64,000 nt of DNA from a bacterium (GTDB taxonomy: Bacteria; SAR324; NAC60-12): contig CBDDTI010000746.1 in NCBI GenBank assembly GCA_965233585.1, forward strand, positions 121,905 to 185,904, given 5' to 3'. A program made the translations under genes and the position numbers. Positions within the stretch are counted from its first letter, which is position 1; the number at the start of each line of letters is the position of its first letter. This document shows, one piece after another, positions 38,633 through 47,907 of this stretch. Under the pieces are notes generated by a model. The model worked only from the letters and a program-made list of their open reading frames with translations. It did not search any database and had not been told where the DNA came from.

Positions 38633-39571
38633 TTATTCTGATTTGCTGAACACTTGATCAAAAATTGGTTGCCCTTCAGCATTCCAAATAATCACTCTGA
38701 CATGAAGGATAGGATTCCTCCGATTGACAGGTTTTTTGAAGTCAAAACTTCTGAACCTTCGTATTGTAAATTGCTGAGATTTTGCAGGGTCAAAAGGGAT
38801 AGGATTTTGGGAGACTTTTTGATTCTGACGGAACAGCACCGTGCGGACACTTCCTTTTTGCAAACGGTCAGAAAGGTTTCTTAACTTGAAGCCAAAGATT
38901 TCTTGATTACCCTGATTTTTCAGATAAAATCCATCTGCAATGACTTCAGATTTGACAGGTGGGGGAGTCGGTGGTGGGTTTTCAGCAGGCTTTTCCTGTT
39001 CTCTGATGATTTTAGCAAGCTCTAATTTGAGATAATCAATCTCGTCTTTTTGCTTCAAAAGTGTTTCTTTTTGCTCTGAAATTTGAAGGTTTTGGTCGTC
39101 TAGCTTTTGTTGTTGTGTCTCTAATTTTTGAGTTTGTTCTGAAAGCTGTTGCTCGTAAGTTTCAACTTGTTCTTGAAGGGTTTGATTAGTCTCTTGAACT
39201 TCTGCAAAATTTTGTTTTTGCCTAGCAAGAAGCACTTCCAAACGAATGACATTCTCTTTTTGCGATTCAGAATGACTGGATTCTTTTTGTTGAGGGCTAG
39301 TATTGCTGAGAACAGCAACCCGCTCTTTCTTCATAGATTGTTGCTGTCCAATTTTTAAATTTTTGATTTCATTTTGATAATGGACATACATGATGATTGG
39401 CATAATGATCGCTGCTATCAAAAAAACAGCCAAAATGTAAGCGATGCTCTTGATAAAACCTTCTCTGATTTCCCAGTTGTTTCTTAACCCAACAATGTGA
39501 ATCTTCTCAGTCAAATGGCTTTTATCAACGGAATCCGTAGTCTCAAAGAACATTTTCAATGTAGTTTGCAT
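38633..39571 (-). CDS. Membrane-anchored coiled-coil protein with a Pro-rich linker (PPPTPPPV) and an uncharacterized C-terminal domain
   Basis: One TM helix (IAYILAVFLIAAIIMPIIMY) and a long Q/E-rich coiled coil. Confidence 0.4.
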   Translation of the reverse strand: MQTTLKMFFETTDSVDKSHLTEKIHIVGLRNNWEIREGFIKSIAYILAVFLIAAIIMPIIMYVHYQNEIKNLKIGQQQSMKKERVAVLSNTSPQQKESSHSESQKENVIRLEVLLARQKQNFAEVQETNQTLQEQVETYEQQLSEQTQKLETQQQKLDDQNLQISEQKETLLKQKDEIDYLKLELAKIIREQEKPAENPPPTPPPVKSEVIADGFYLKNQGNQEIFGFKLRNLSDRLQKGSVRTVLFRQNQKVSQNPIPFDPAKSQQFTIRRFRSFDFKKPVNRRNPILHVRVIIWNAEGQPIFDQVFSKSE

Positions 39572-39589
39572 GGAAAAAATTACCCAAAA

Positions 39590-40726
39590 CTACTCTTCAG
39601 CATAATACATGCCATGATGAATCTCATAACGTTGATTTTCTAACAAATCAACAAATTCTTGTAATTCTAATTCTGTCAATGCGTTTGATAGCGTGGGAAC
39701 GTCCAGCTGTGTTTGTTCACAAAGTTCATCAAAAGAAGCAGAGTTTTGATGAAGGATTTGTAAGACAAGATGTTGGGATTCTGTCAGGTTTGCAGAAGGG
39801 ATTTTTTGTTGGGTAGGAAAGTCAAAACTTTTTTGTTCAATTTTGGGAGTATGAGAAGGAAAGTGTTCCTCAAGAATGTCTTGAGCATTTTGAATCAGCT
39901 TGGCTTGGTTCTTAGAAATGAGACGATGACTGCCGTAGCTATGAATGGAAAAGATTCTGTCAGGAAGGGCAAAGACTTCTCTGTTTTGTTCAAGTGCAAA
40001 ACCTGCTGTAATCAAAGACCCGCTTTTTTGACCTGCTTCTATCACGACAACGGCATGAGACAGACCACTGACGATGCGATTGCGAATAGCAAAGTGCTTG
40101 CCCAATGGCTTGGACGTCATGGGAAATTCTGAAAGCAGACAGCCTTGATGAGTGATTTGCTCTGCAAGGCTTGTGTTCTCTTTGGGATAAATATGATTCA
40201 CTCCCCCCGCTAAAACTGCAATCGTGCAAAGCCCTGACTCTAGTGCGGCTTGATGCGCAGCAGTGTCTATGCCCCTTGCCAGACCGCTGACCACCACAGC
40301 ATCAGGAACAAGTTTTGCGAAGTCAAAAATGATTTGCTTGGTCGCTTCCCTACCATAACTTGTGCAATTTCGTGAACCAACAAAACTGATGAAAAAGCTA
40401 GACTTTGGAAAATGTCCGTTGTAGTACAAAACAACGGGTGGTGCTGGAATCTCTTTGAGTAATTGAGGATACTCAGGTTGGTCTAAACAAATCAGTTGCG
40501 TTTGTGAATGTTGCAAAAGCTGACATTCTTTTTGAAATCTTGGGGCAGACTTCGCATGAACCACTTCAGTTGCCAGTTTTAAAGAAAGCCCTGACCTCCT
40601 TGCGAGGTCTTCTGGAGACATTGTAAAAACTTGCTCTAAACTTTCAAAACGAGATTGAAGGTGTTGAATGGTCTTGACCCCAATAGAAGGAATCAAATGC
40701 AATGCTAGCCAATCCCATTGATTCAT
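39590..40726 (-). CDS. dprA: DNA processing protein DprA (Smf)
   Basis: VVSGLARGIDTAAHQAAL is the DprA Rossmann-like domain. There is a C-terminal winged-helix-like region. Confidence 0.85.
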   Translation of the reverse strand: MNQWDWLALHLIPSIGVKTIQHLQSRFESLEQVFTMSPEDLARRSGLSLKLATEVVHAKSAPRFQKECQLLQHSQTQLICLDQPEYPQLLKEIPAPPVVLYYNGHFPKSSFFISFVGSRNCTSYGREATKQIIFDFAKLVPDAVVVSGLARGIDTAAHQAALESGLCTIAVLAGGVNHIYPKENTSLAEQITHQGCLLSEFPMTSKPLGKHFAIRNRIVSGLSHAVVVIEAGQKSGSLITAGFALEQNREVFALPDRIFSIHSYGSHRLISKNQAKLIQNAQDILEEHFPSHTPKIEQKSFDFPTQQKIPSANLTESQHLVLQILHQNSASFDELCEQTQLDVPTLSNALTELELQEFVDLLENQRYEIHHGMYYAEE

Positions 40727-40729
40727 GCG

Positions 40730-41701
40730 TCAACTTGTTTTAAGAGTTTGTCCGTGAGTCAACTGAAACAAAGCCTCCCAGTTTTCAGATTCTGCAGAGA
40801 CAGCTTGCAAAGTTTGAGTCAACTCTTGCAACGATTCAATTTCTATGGTGAGCGTGACGGCTTCCTTTTCAAAAGAAGGGTCATAGTCAAGTTTTGCATT
40901 ACTGGGAAGTTGTAGCTTCCTGAGATGGACTTGAAATTGTTGCTGTGTTTTTGTTTTTTCAGGGTAGCGATGCTTTTCTAAAAAGAGTTTGAAATGTTTA
41001 AATTTAAGCGAGCTATCAAGCTGTGTGTTTGCCATAATCCGTTGGACTTCTGTTTGTTCTAAAATTTCATAAGGTGAGCATTGCATCAGTTTTGCCGTCT
41101 CACTCAAAAGTTTGATGGTGCTTTTAAATTTATTGCCCCCAATCATAAAATTTGCAAAAACTTTTCCAACCGCACGAATGTCTTCAGCTTTTAACGGAAG
41201 TAACGCCAATAAATCTGAGAGCGAGTACATTTTGAAACATTCTTGTTGTTCTTGCATTTGCTTTTGAAGTCGTTTGATTTGCTGAAGCCTTTGCAAAGAT
41301 GCAGGAAACCCAAAACAAGGCAGGATTGCCACGATAGACTCTTGACTTGCACCATACTGGGCTAATAAATCCAAGATTCTGAATACCTCCAGAAAAGAAC
41401 ACTCTACCAACGAATGACTCTTGAGCTTCCATAACATCAACTCTTTCATGGAAAGGCTTGGCTTGAAGATTAAGCATGGTAGAGGTGAAACATCTTTTTG
41501 GAAGAGCCAACGAAACCTTTGAAATCCATCAACAATCATATAGTTTTTGTCATCTTGAGGATACACACAAAGTGGGTTGAGTAATCCTTCTTTTTCTAAA
41601 GATTCATGCAATGTCTCTTGCAATGCCCAATCAAATAAAAGATTGCGATGCTGAATTTGATGAATCTCTAATTTTTTAAAGGACTCAAAGTAATACTTCA
41701 T
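40730..41701 (-). CDS. ParB/Srx-like N-terminal domain protein (323 aa). It abuts dprA
   Basis: GLLNPLCVYPQDDKNYMIVDGFQRFRW matches the ParB N-terminal domain motif (GLLQPIiV....Y.iidGhRR). Confidence 0.5.
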   Translation of the reverse strand: MKYYFESFKKLEIHQIQHRNLLFDWALQETLHESLEKEGLLNPLCVYPQDDKNYMIVDGFQRFRWLFQKDVSPLPCLIFKPSLSMKELMLWKLKSHSLVECSFLEVFRILDLLAQYGASQESIVAILPCFGFPASLQRLQQIKRLQKQMQEQQECFKMYSLSDLLALLPLKAEDIRAVGKVFANFMIGGNKFKSTIKLLSETAKLMQCSPYEILEQTEVQRIMANTQLDSSLKFKHFKLFLEKHRYPEKTKTQQQFQVHLRKLQLPSNAKLDYDPSFEKEAVTLTIEIESLQELTQTLQAVSAESENWEALFQLTHGQTLKTS

Positions 41702-41755
41702 ATCGGTCTAAATGCTTTGCATGCTGTTTGACATTTCATCAGTTGACTGAACAAC

Positions 41756-42610
41756 TCAATTCATTTCATTCTTAATGTAATGTTGTTGCAAATTTTGGTA
41801 GTAAAAGGCGGATTCAAACTTCATTCGTTTTAAAAATCCGTTGTGCAAAATCAAGCATCGTTGGCAAAGGTTTTGAACCAAATGCCTGCGATTTTCCAAA
41901 GACAAAGGCACAGAGTGTAGAATTTTACACAAAGATCGGACACGATGGCAATCATGCCCCCAACGATGAGACAGCTGGTCAGTATGTCCTCCGTAACGTC
42001 TCATCAATTTTTCATTTAACAAACGCACAGGATAACGTGCTGTAATTCGCAACCACAAATCGTAATCTTCACAAACGGGAAGCGATTCATCAAACAGCCC
42101 AACATGCTGAAAGACGTATTTGGGAATCAAAGCAGTAGAAGGAGCAATCAAACATAAGTGAAGGCTTCTTTCAAAAATCCAACCTTCATGCTTTTGATGT
42201 TTGGCGTGTGGGTTGACCCGCTTGGCATTCCTCATCCAAATTTCATCAGTCAAATATACTCCTGCATGAGGGAAATGTTGCAAATCATCATACTGCCTTT
42301 GCAGTTTCTGGGGAAGCCATTCATCGTCAGAATCTAAAAAGGCAACCCATTGACCTTTGGCTTTTGCAATTCCTACATTTCTTGAGGCACTGACCCCCCT
42401 ATTTTTTGCTAAAGTGAAAATCCGAAGCCTTTCATCTTGATATGCTTTCAACACCTTTTGCGTTTCATCTGTTGAACCATCATCAACAATCATCAATTCA
42501 TAGTTTTGAAACGTTTGTGTCAAAACCGAATCTATGGCTCTTTTCAGGCAGTATGCACGATTGTAGGTGGGAATGATGACAGAAATGAGGGGCATGATTT
42601 TTCGTGTCAA
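41756..42610 (-). CDS. Family 2 glycosyltransferase
   Basis: ISVIIPTYNRAYCL...VDDGSTDET is the GT2 motif. Confidence 0.8.
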   Translation of the reverse strand: MTRKIMPLISVIIPTYNRAYCLKRAIDSVLTQTFQNYELMIVDDGSTDETQKVLKAYQDERLRIFTLAKNRGVSASRNVGIAKAKGQWVAFLDSDDEWLPQKLQRQYDDLQHFPHAGVYLTDEIWMRNAKRVNPHAKHQKHEGWIFERSLHLCLIAPSTALIPKYVFQHVGLFDESLPVCEDYDLWLRITARYPVRLLNEKLMRRYGGHTDQLSHRWGHDCHRVRSLCKILHSVPLSLENRRHLVQNLCQRCLILHNGFLKRMKFESAFYYQNLQQHYIKNEMN

Positions 42611-42684
42611 TGTGTCTGACAGAAGATGAAAGAAGTCCCAAGTCTTTTAGAGTCTTGATAAGAAGTCAAAATCTCATACTTGGC

Positions 42685-43842
42685 TCATTGCTGATTTGGG
42701 TTGACAGGAGACAATTCTTGAGCGATGGCTAAATGCCCATAATACTTGGCAAGTTCATAGGGAGTTTGAGATTGTTGATTGGCTAGGGTCGGGTCTGCAC
42801 CTGCTTTGAGCAACAATTTAACAATGTCATAAGCACCAGTGCGGGAGGCAAAGGCAAGGGCTGTCATTCCTGTTGAAGATTGATTGTTCACAGAAACTCC
42901 TTGCTTTAATAATTCTTGTGCAATTTGAAAGCGTTGGTATTCTGCTGCTAGCATTAAAGCTGTGTAACGTTCTTGGTCTTGTTGATTCAGGTTTGCTCCT
43001 GCTTTGATTGCAAGCAATGCAATGTCATCGTGCGATTGAGCAATAGAAAGCATGAGGGCAGTTGTTCCATCATTTCTTTGTAGGTTGATGTCAGCACCTG
43101 CTTTGAGCAACCACTGAAAGATGTCTTTTTTTCCTGAAAAAGCGGCAACCATCAAAAGACTCCAGCCTTCAGCATTTTGCAAATTGAGACTCCAGCCTTG
43201 TTGATAAAGTGCTTGTAAAACAAACTGATTCCCAGAATCAACGGCTTGTAGCATCTGTTGCCAGATTTGTTGTTTTTGTTGTTTTTGAGTTTTGTTGCGT
43301 TCTTGTCCCACTTCAAGAGCAATCAGTTCTTGCACGACATCTGTTCGGCTTTGTGATTTAGCAAGGGCAAGAGCCGTCTGGTCATCATCGTTTTCAAGGG
43401 TTAAATCTGCGCCTGAGGTGGCTAACATGCGCACCAAATCTAAATGCCCTGCATAAGAGGCAATCATTAAAGCAGTCCAATCTTCATGGTCTTGTAAATC
43501 CAAAGAAGCACCTGAATCTATCAAGACCCTAGCGATTGCAGTATCCCCTTGCATTGCCGCAACCATCAGAGCCGTCCAGCTTTCTTTGCTGATGGCATTG
43601 ACCTTGGCTTTCCTCTGAATCAACAGCCGAACGATTTCTAAGTGTTGATGAAAAACGGAGACAATCAATAATGACCTGCCGTCTCGGTCTTTGGAATCAA
43701 CAGAGATGCCTTGATCCAAAAAATTTTTGACCAACTCAATGTCTCCATTTGCTACTGCACTAAAAATCTGGGTAGTGGCGAAAACCTGCCATGTGAAGAA
43801 ATTTAATGAGATGAAGATGAGGAAAACACGTAGAAACATCAT
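42685..43842 (-). CDS. Secreted ankyrin-repeat protein (~10 ANK repeats) with an N-terminal signal peptide
   Basis: Repeated ...G.tALM.A...GH..iv..LL..GAd.n motifs. The signal peptide is MMFLRVFLIFISLNFFTWQVFA. The start overlaps the topA stop (ATGA). Confidence 0.85.
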   Translation of the reverse strand: MMFLRVFLIFISLNFFTWQVFATTQIFSAVANGDIELVKNFLDQGISVDSKDRDGRSLLIVSVFHQHLEIVRLLIQRKAKVNAISKESWTALMVAAMQGDTAIARVLIDSGASLDLQDHEDWTALMIASYAGHLDLVRMLATSGADLTLENDDDQTALALAKSQSRTDVVQELIALEVGQERNKTQKQQKQQIWQQMLQAVDSGNQFVLQALYQQGWSLNLQNAEGWSLLMVAAFSGKKDIFQWLLKAGADINLQRNDGTTALMLSIAQSHDDIALLAIKAGANLNQQDQERYTALMLAAEYQRFQIAQELLKQGVSVNNQSSTGMTALAFASRTGAYDIVKLLLKAGADPTLANQQSQTPYELAKYYGHLAIAQELSPVNPNQQ

Positions 43843-46256
43843 GGTTGATTGATGACGTGTTCATACTCTTCTGGCTCGGCTTCATATTGACATTGCTCGG
43901 CAGGACACAAGACTGTCGTCTTCGTTTTGTTTTCTTTCACGGTAAGGATAGGGAACTGACAATTAGGGCATGGATGTTTGATGGGACGATTCCACAATGA
44001 GAATTTACATTTAGGATAACCTGCGCAGCTGTAAAAGATTTTTCCGCGTCTTGAACGTTTTTGTAAAATCTGTTCGTTGGAACATTCTGGGCAAAGGCAA
44101 CCTGTGTCTGTTTTTTCTTTTTTGATGTATTTACAACTTGGGTATGTTTCGCAAGCAATAAAAGCACCATAACGTCCCTGCCTTTTCGCCAGTCCTGCAT
44201 TGCAGTTTTCACATGTCCCCTCTACTTTTTCTGGGGCTTGAGCATTCAGAGGTTTGGTGTTTTTACATTTGGGATAATTCTGACAAGCGGCAAACTTCCC
44301 AAATCTTCCTGTCTTGATGACCATTTCGCCTCCGCACTTCTCGCATGGTTCATCTGACACTTGAACGTCTTGAAATCTGGGATTGCCTTGTTCATCAAAC
44401 TCTACTTCTGCAGTAAAAGGGCATTCAGGATATGCGGAACAACTCAAAAAATCTCCATTTTTCCCCCAACGTAGCAACATGACTTCTCCACATTTTTTAC
44501 ATGGAATGTCTGTTGGCTTGGTCTCTCGCTTCAGATTCCGCATCTGGCTTTTGGCTAGTGTCAGATGTTTGGAAAACTCCTTGTAAAATTGAGAAATGAC
44601 ATCTACCCAGTTGGCTTGACTGGCTTCAATGTTGTCAAGTTCCTTTTCCATGTTTGCAGTGAAGTCAACATTGATAAAATCAGAAAAATTTTCAATTAAC
44701 AATCCATTGACTCGTATGCCGATTTGGGTAGGTTCAAAACGTTTTTTGTCATTGATTTCAACATATTCACGTTTGGTGATGACTTCCATAATGGCAGTGA
44801 ATGTGCTTGGACGACCGATTTCTAGTTCTTCTAATTCCTTAATCAAAGAAGCAGGTCCATAGCGTGGCGGAGGTTCAGTAAAATGTTGAGAAGGCAAAAA
44901 GTTTTGCACCGTCAAGATTTCTCCTTCTTGGACATCAGGCAAGAGTTTCTCCTTGTCATCGTCACTATTTTCGGTGTTGTAAAGCGTCAAAAAACCTGCA
45001 AACTTCAACACAGAACCACTTGCACGCCAGAGATAGTCGCCTGTTTGGACTTCTATTTGAGTTTGGTCAAACAAAGCTGATGTCATTTGGGAGGCAACAA
45101 AACGTTTCCAAATCAACTCATATAATTTTTGTTGTTCCCGATTAAGGAATGATGCTGTTTCTTCAGGGGTTTGATTGACATTTGTAGGACGCACTGCCTC
45201 ATGGGCATCTTGATTCCCTTTTTTAGAATATTGATTTGCTGTTTTAGGGCAAAAGGAATTGCCAAATTTCTTCTTAATCAAAGACCTGACTTCTTGAACT
45301 GCTGTGTCAGAAACACGGACAGAGTCTGTCCTCATATAAGTAATGAGTCCTCCCATCTTTTCATCAACACCTTCATAGAGTTGTTGTGCAATCCGCATAC
45401 AGCGGCTACTTGAAAATCCTAGTTTATTGATGGCATCTTGTTGAAGTGTGGAAGTGATGAATGGAGGGGGGGGCTTCCTAGAACGTTGTTTTTTCACCAC
45501 TTGAGAGATGACAAATTGTTCTTTTGAAACTTCACTTAAAATGACTTTGACTTCTTCTTCGCTGCGAATGACTGCTTTGTTTTGGTCTTTACTGTGAATG
45601 TCAATGGTTTTTCCCTGATGCTTCGCAAGTCTGATTTCAAGGGGAGCTTCTTGGCTTGTGGTTGTTTGAGCATGAATTTTCCAATATTCTTCTGACTGGA
45701 ATTTTCTGATTTCTTCTTCCCTTTCACAAATCAACCTTAATGCCACAGATTGCACCCTGCCTGCACTCAAACGATAGCGCACCCTCTCCCAAAGCAAAGG
45801 GCTAATTTGATAACCCACTAAACGGTCTAAGACCCTGCGTGCTTTTTGGGCGTCATATTTAGAAAAATTAAGTTCTTGGGGGTGTTCAAGGGCATCTAAG
45901 ATCGTGTGTTTTGTAATTTCGTGGAGTAGTAGCCTGTATATCTTTCCTGAAAACACTCCTTGAATTTCTTCTGCCAAATGAGCAGCAATGGCTTCCCCTT
46001 CACGGTCAGGGTCAGAGGCAAGAAAAATATTTTTGGCAGATTTGGCAGCTTTGCGAATGTTACGAATGACATCGCTTTTGCTCTTCATCACTTGGTATTG
46101 GGGTGCAAAGTTGTCGTCTATGCTGACACCAAGTTCTTTTTTGGGGAGGTCTTTGATGTGTCCAATAGAAGCGAGGACTTGATAATCTTTGCCAAGATAA
46201 CGATTGATTGTTTTAGCTTTGGCTGGTGATTCTACGATGATAAGTGATTTTGGCAT
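43839..46256 (-). CDS. topA: DNA topoisomerase I
   Basis: 805 aa. It has the Toprim and topo IA core, and C-terminal C4 zinc ribbons (CxxCGxxM...C motifs repeated). Confidence 0.9.
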   Translation of the reverse strand: MPKSLIIVESPAKAKTINRYLGKDYQVLASIGHIKDLPKKELGVSIDDNFAPQYQVMKSKSDVIRNIRKAAKSAKNIFLASDPDREGEAIAAHLAEEIQGVFSGKIYRLLLHEITKHTILDALEHPQELNFSKYDAQKARRVLDRLVGYQISPLLWERVRYRLSAGRVQSVALRLICEREEEIRKFQSEEYWKIHAQTTTSQEAPLEIRLAKHQGKTIDIHSKDQNKAVIRSEEEVKVILSEVSKEQFVISQVVKKQRSRKPPPPFITSTLQQDAINKLGFSSSRCMRIAQQLYEGVDEKMGGLITYMRTDSVRVSDTAVQEVRSLIKKKFGNSFCPKTANQYSKKGNQDAHEAVRPTNVNQTPEETASFLNREQQKLYELIWKRFVASQMTSALFDQTQIEVQTGDYLWRASGSVLKFAGFLTLYNTENSDDDKEKLLPDVQEGEILTVQNFLPSQHFTEPPPRYGPASLIKELEELEIGRPSTFTAIMEVITKREYVEINDKKRFEPTQIGIRVNGLLIENFSDFINVDFTANMEKELDNIEASQANWVDVISQFYKEFSKHLTLAKSQMRNLKRETKPTDIPCKKCGEVMLLRWGKNGDFLSCSAYPECPFTAEVEFDEQGNPRFQDVQVSDEPCEKCGGEMVIKTGRFGKFAACQNYPKCKNTKPLNAQAPEKVEGTCENCNAGLAKRQGRYGAFIACETYPSCKYIKKEKTDTGCLCPECSNEQILQKRSRRGKIFYSCAGYPKCKFSLWNRPIKHPCPNCQFPILTVKENKTKTTVLCPAEQCQYEAEPEEYEHVINQP

Positions 46257-46297
46257 AAATTTTTAAATCATACTTTGTAATTTGTGTAAAAGAAAGC

Positions 46298-46507
46298 CTA
46301 ACTACTACATTTCAGCAGTTCTTGATTTTCTTTTTCTATTTTTTGCAGTTTGACAGGGTCAGTGGTGGTCAAAGATTCTGCATGATTCAGCTCCAGACGT
46401 CTTTTTTTCCAACTTTCACTTTTCCCGATGTATTGAGTGCAACAGGCACTGAACAAAAACATCAACCCAATAAGAGACAGTTTTTTTATTTGCTTTTGAC
46501 TGACCAT
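46298..46507 (-). CDS. Small lipoprotein (69 aa)
   Basis: The signal peptide with lipobox is LMFLFSACC. Confidence 0.45.
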   Translation of the reverse strand: MVSQKQIKKLSLIGLMFLFSACCTQYIGKSESWKKRRLELNHAESLTTTDPVKLQKIEKENQELLKCSS

Positions 46508-47664
46508 TTGAGGAGATAATCTAAAGAAAGCAAATTTCCTGCATCGTTCTCAATATAGCCTGTTGCATCTACAATTCTGATGTATTTAGGCAATGCGTCA
46601 TCTGGATTTTTATGAGTCCATTCTATGATTTGAGATGAAGAAGTAGATGAATATTTCTTCAACTTCTTTTCACCAATTAAATTCCAGTTTTTATCATAAA
46701 TCCATATTTTAGGGAAAAGTCTTGTTTTTCCAATGGGAAACCATTGAAATTCTAGCCTCTCCAAATTCTCTCCTTCAAGTTGAAAAGATGCAGAACCTCC
46801 CCTTCTCGGAATTTGTCCGTAAACTAAAGTTTCAGCAGGTAGTGATGACAGCACATCTCTTTGCATGACTACTTGCAAATCAGGTTGGGGCAAGCCTCTT
46901 TCATCTAAAGTTTGCTCAAGCTGTTTTGAAATTTGTGCAGAGGGAAGCTGTTGCACTTTTTGAAGCATATCCAACTGCAAATCAAGGTGTGGGGGCTTGT
47001 ATTGGGCTTGTGAAATACGGATTTGCGAGCTAAACGTCTGTTTGGGAATTTGTTTGAGCCATTTTGAAAAATCACCGGCATATTCTCCACGATAAATCGT
47101 GTTAGAGCGGGTCAGAACGTCAATTCTCCAGTCTCTCCAACGAAAATCTCTCTCAAACACTTCACCGATAAATTGCTGATGAACCTCCCCAAGAGACACC
47201 CCACGAATGGTCACGATGACAGGAGTGAGACCCCCCGCAAACTGTACTGGTAACTCCAAACTTTCCAGCACTGAAATCAGATGCCCTTGAAAGACTGTTG
47301 CCCGAAGTTGAACGTCAACACGAGTGAAGTCTTTTGAAACATTTTCTTGAATCAGGCTTAACTCACCAATGAATCTATCAGGATTTTTTAAGACATGCGT
47401 TTGTATGAGTTGTTGCTCTTTTTGAGTATCCTCATTTGGAATAAAACTTCGGTTTCGGAAGGGGAGTAGCAAGTCGTTGGGTAAAAAATCCCCTAGCAAC
47501 TGAAGCATCAAGTTTCGCTTGGCATGAGCAATCGCTTTGGCTTTCGCTTGGGCATGGTCGTCCCTCAAAATCTTTGCAGAACCAGACACAACAAGTCTAT
47601 TTTCTGATGCAAATGCCCCAACTAATTTGAAGAACAACAAAATGCTTAGCAAGAAGTATTTCAC
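46486..47664 (-). CDS. Secreted 392-aa protein of unknown function with an LPP20/FlgT-N-like start
   Basis: The signal peptide is MKYFLLSILLFFKLVGAFA. The region LVVSGSAKI...AQAKAKAIAHAKRNLMLQL is only a weak resemblance. Confidence 0.35.
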   Translation of the reverse strand: MKYFLLSILLFFKLVGAFASENRLVVSGSAKILRDDHAQAKAKAIAHAKRNLMLQLLGDFLPNDLLLPFRNRSFIPNEDTQKEQQLIQTHVLKNPDRFIGELSLIQENVSKDFTRVDVQLRATVFQGHLISVLESLELPVQFAGGLTPVIVTIRGVSLGEVHQQFIGEVFERDFRWRDWRIDVLTRSNTIYRGEYAGDFSKWLKQIPKQTFSSQIRISQAQYKPPHLDLQLDMLQKVQQLPSAQISKQLEQTLDERGLPQPDLQVVMQRDVLSSLPAETLVYGQIPRRGGSASFQLEGENLERLEFQWFPIGKTRLFPKIWIYDKNWNLIGEKKLKKYSSTSSSQIIEWTHKNPDDALPKYIRIVDATGYIENDAGNLLSLDYLLKWSVKSK

Positions 47665-47907
47665 AGGATTTCAAAGTTTGAATTTCAGGTTTGTCCTTAA
47701 TGAAAGCATTCTATCATACCCCAATTTTTGTGTGTTCAAAGAATTTTTTGGAAAGGAGAAACTTTGGTCTGTCAGACTCTTGCAGGCTTGTCCACTTGCT
47801 TAAAAAAAGTCAAGTCATTCCTTCAAACATATTCTATATTCCACCAAATTAAAGTTATAATATTGAAGTTCAGCTTTCAAAAAATGACTTAATATTCATA
47901 AAAGAGA

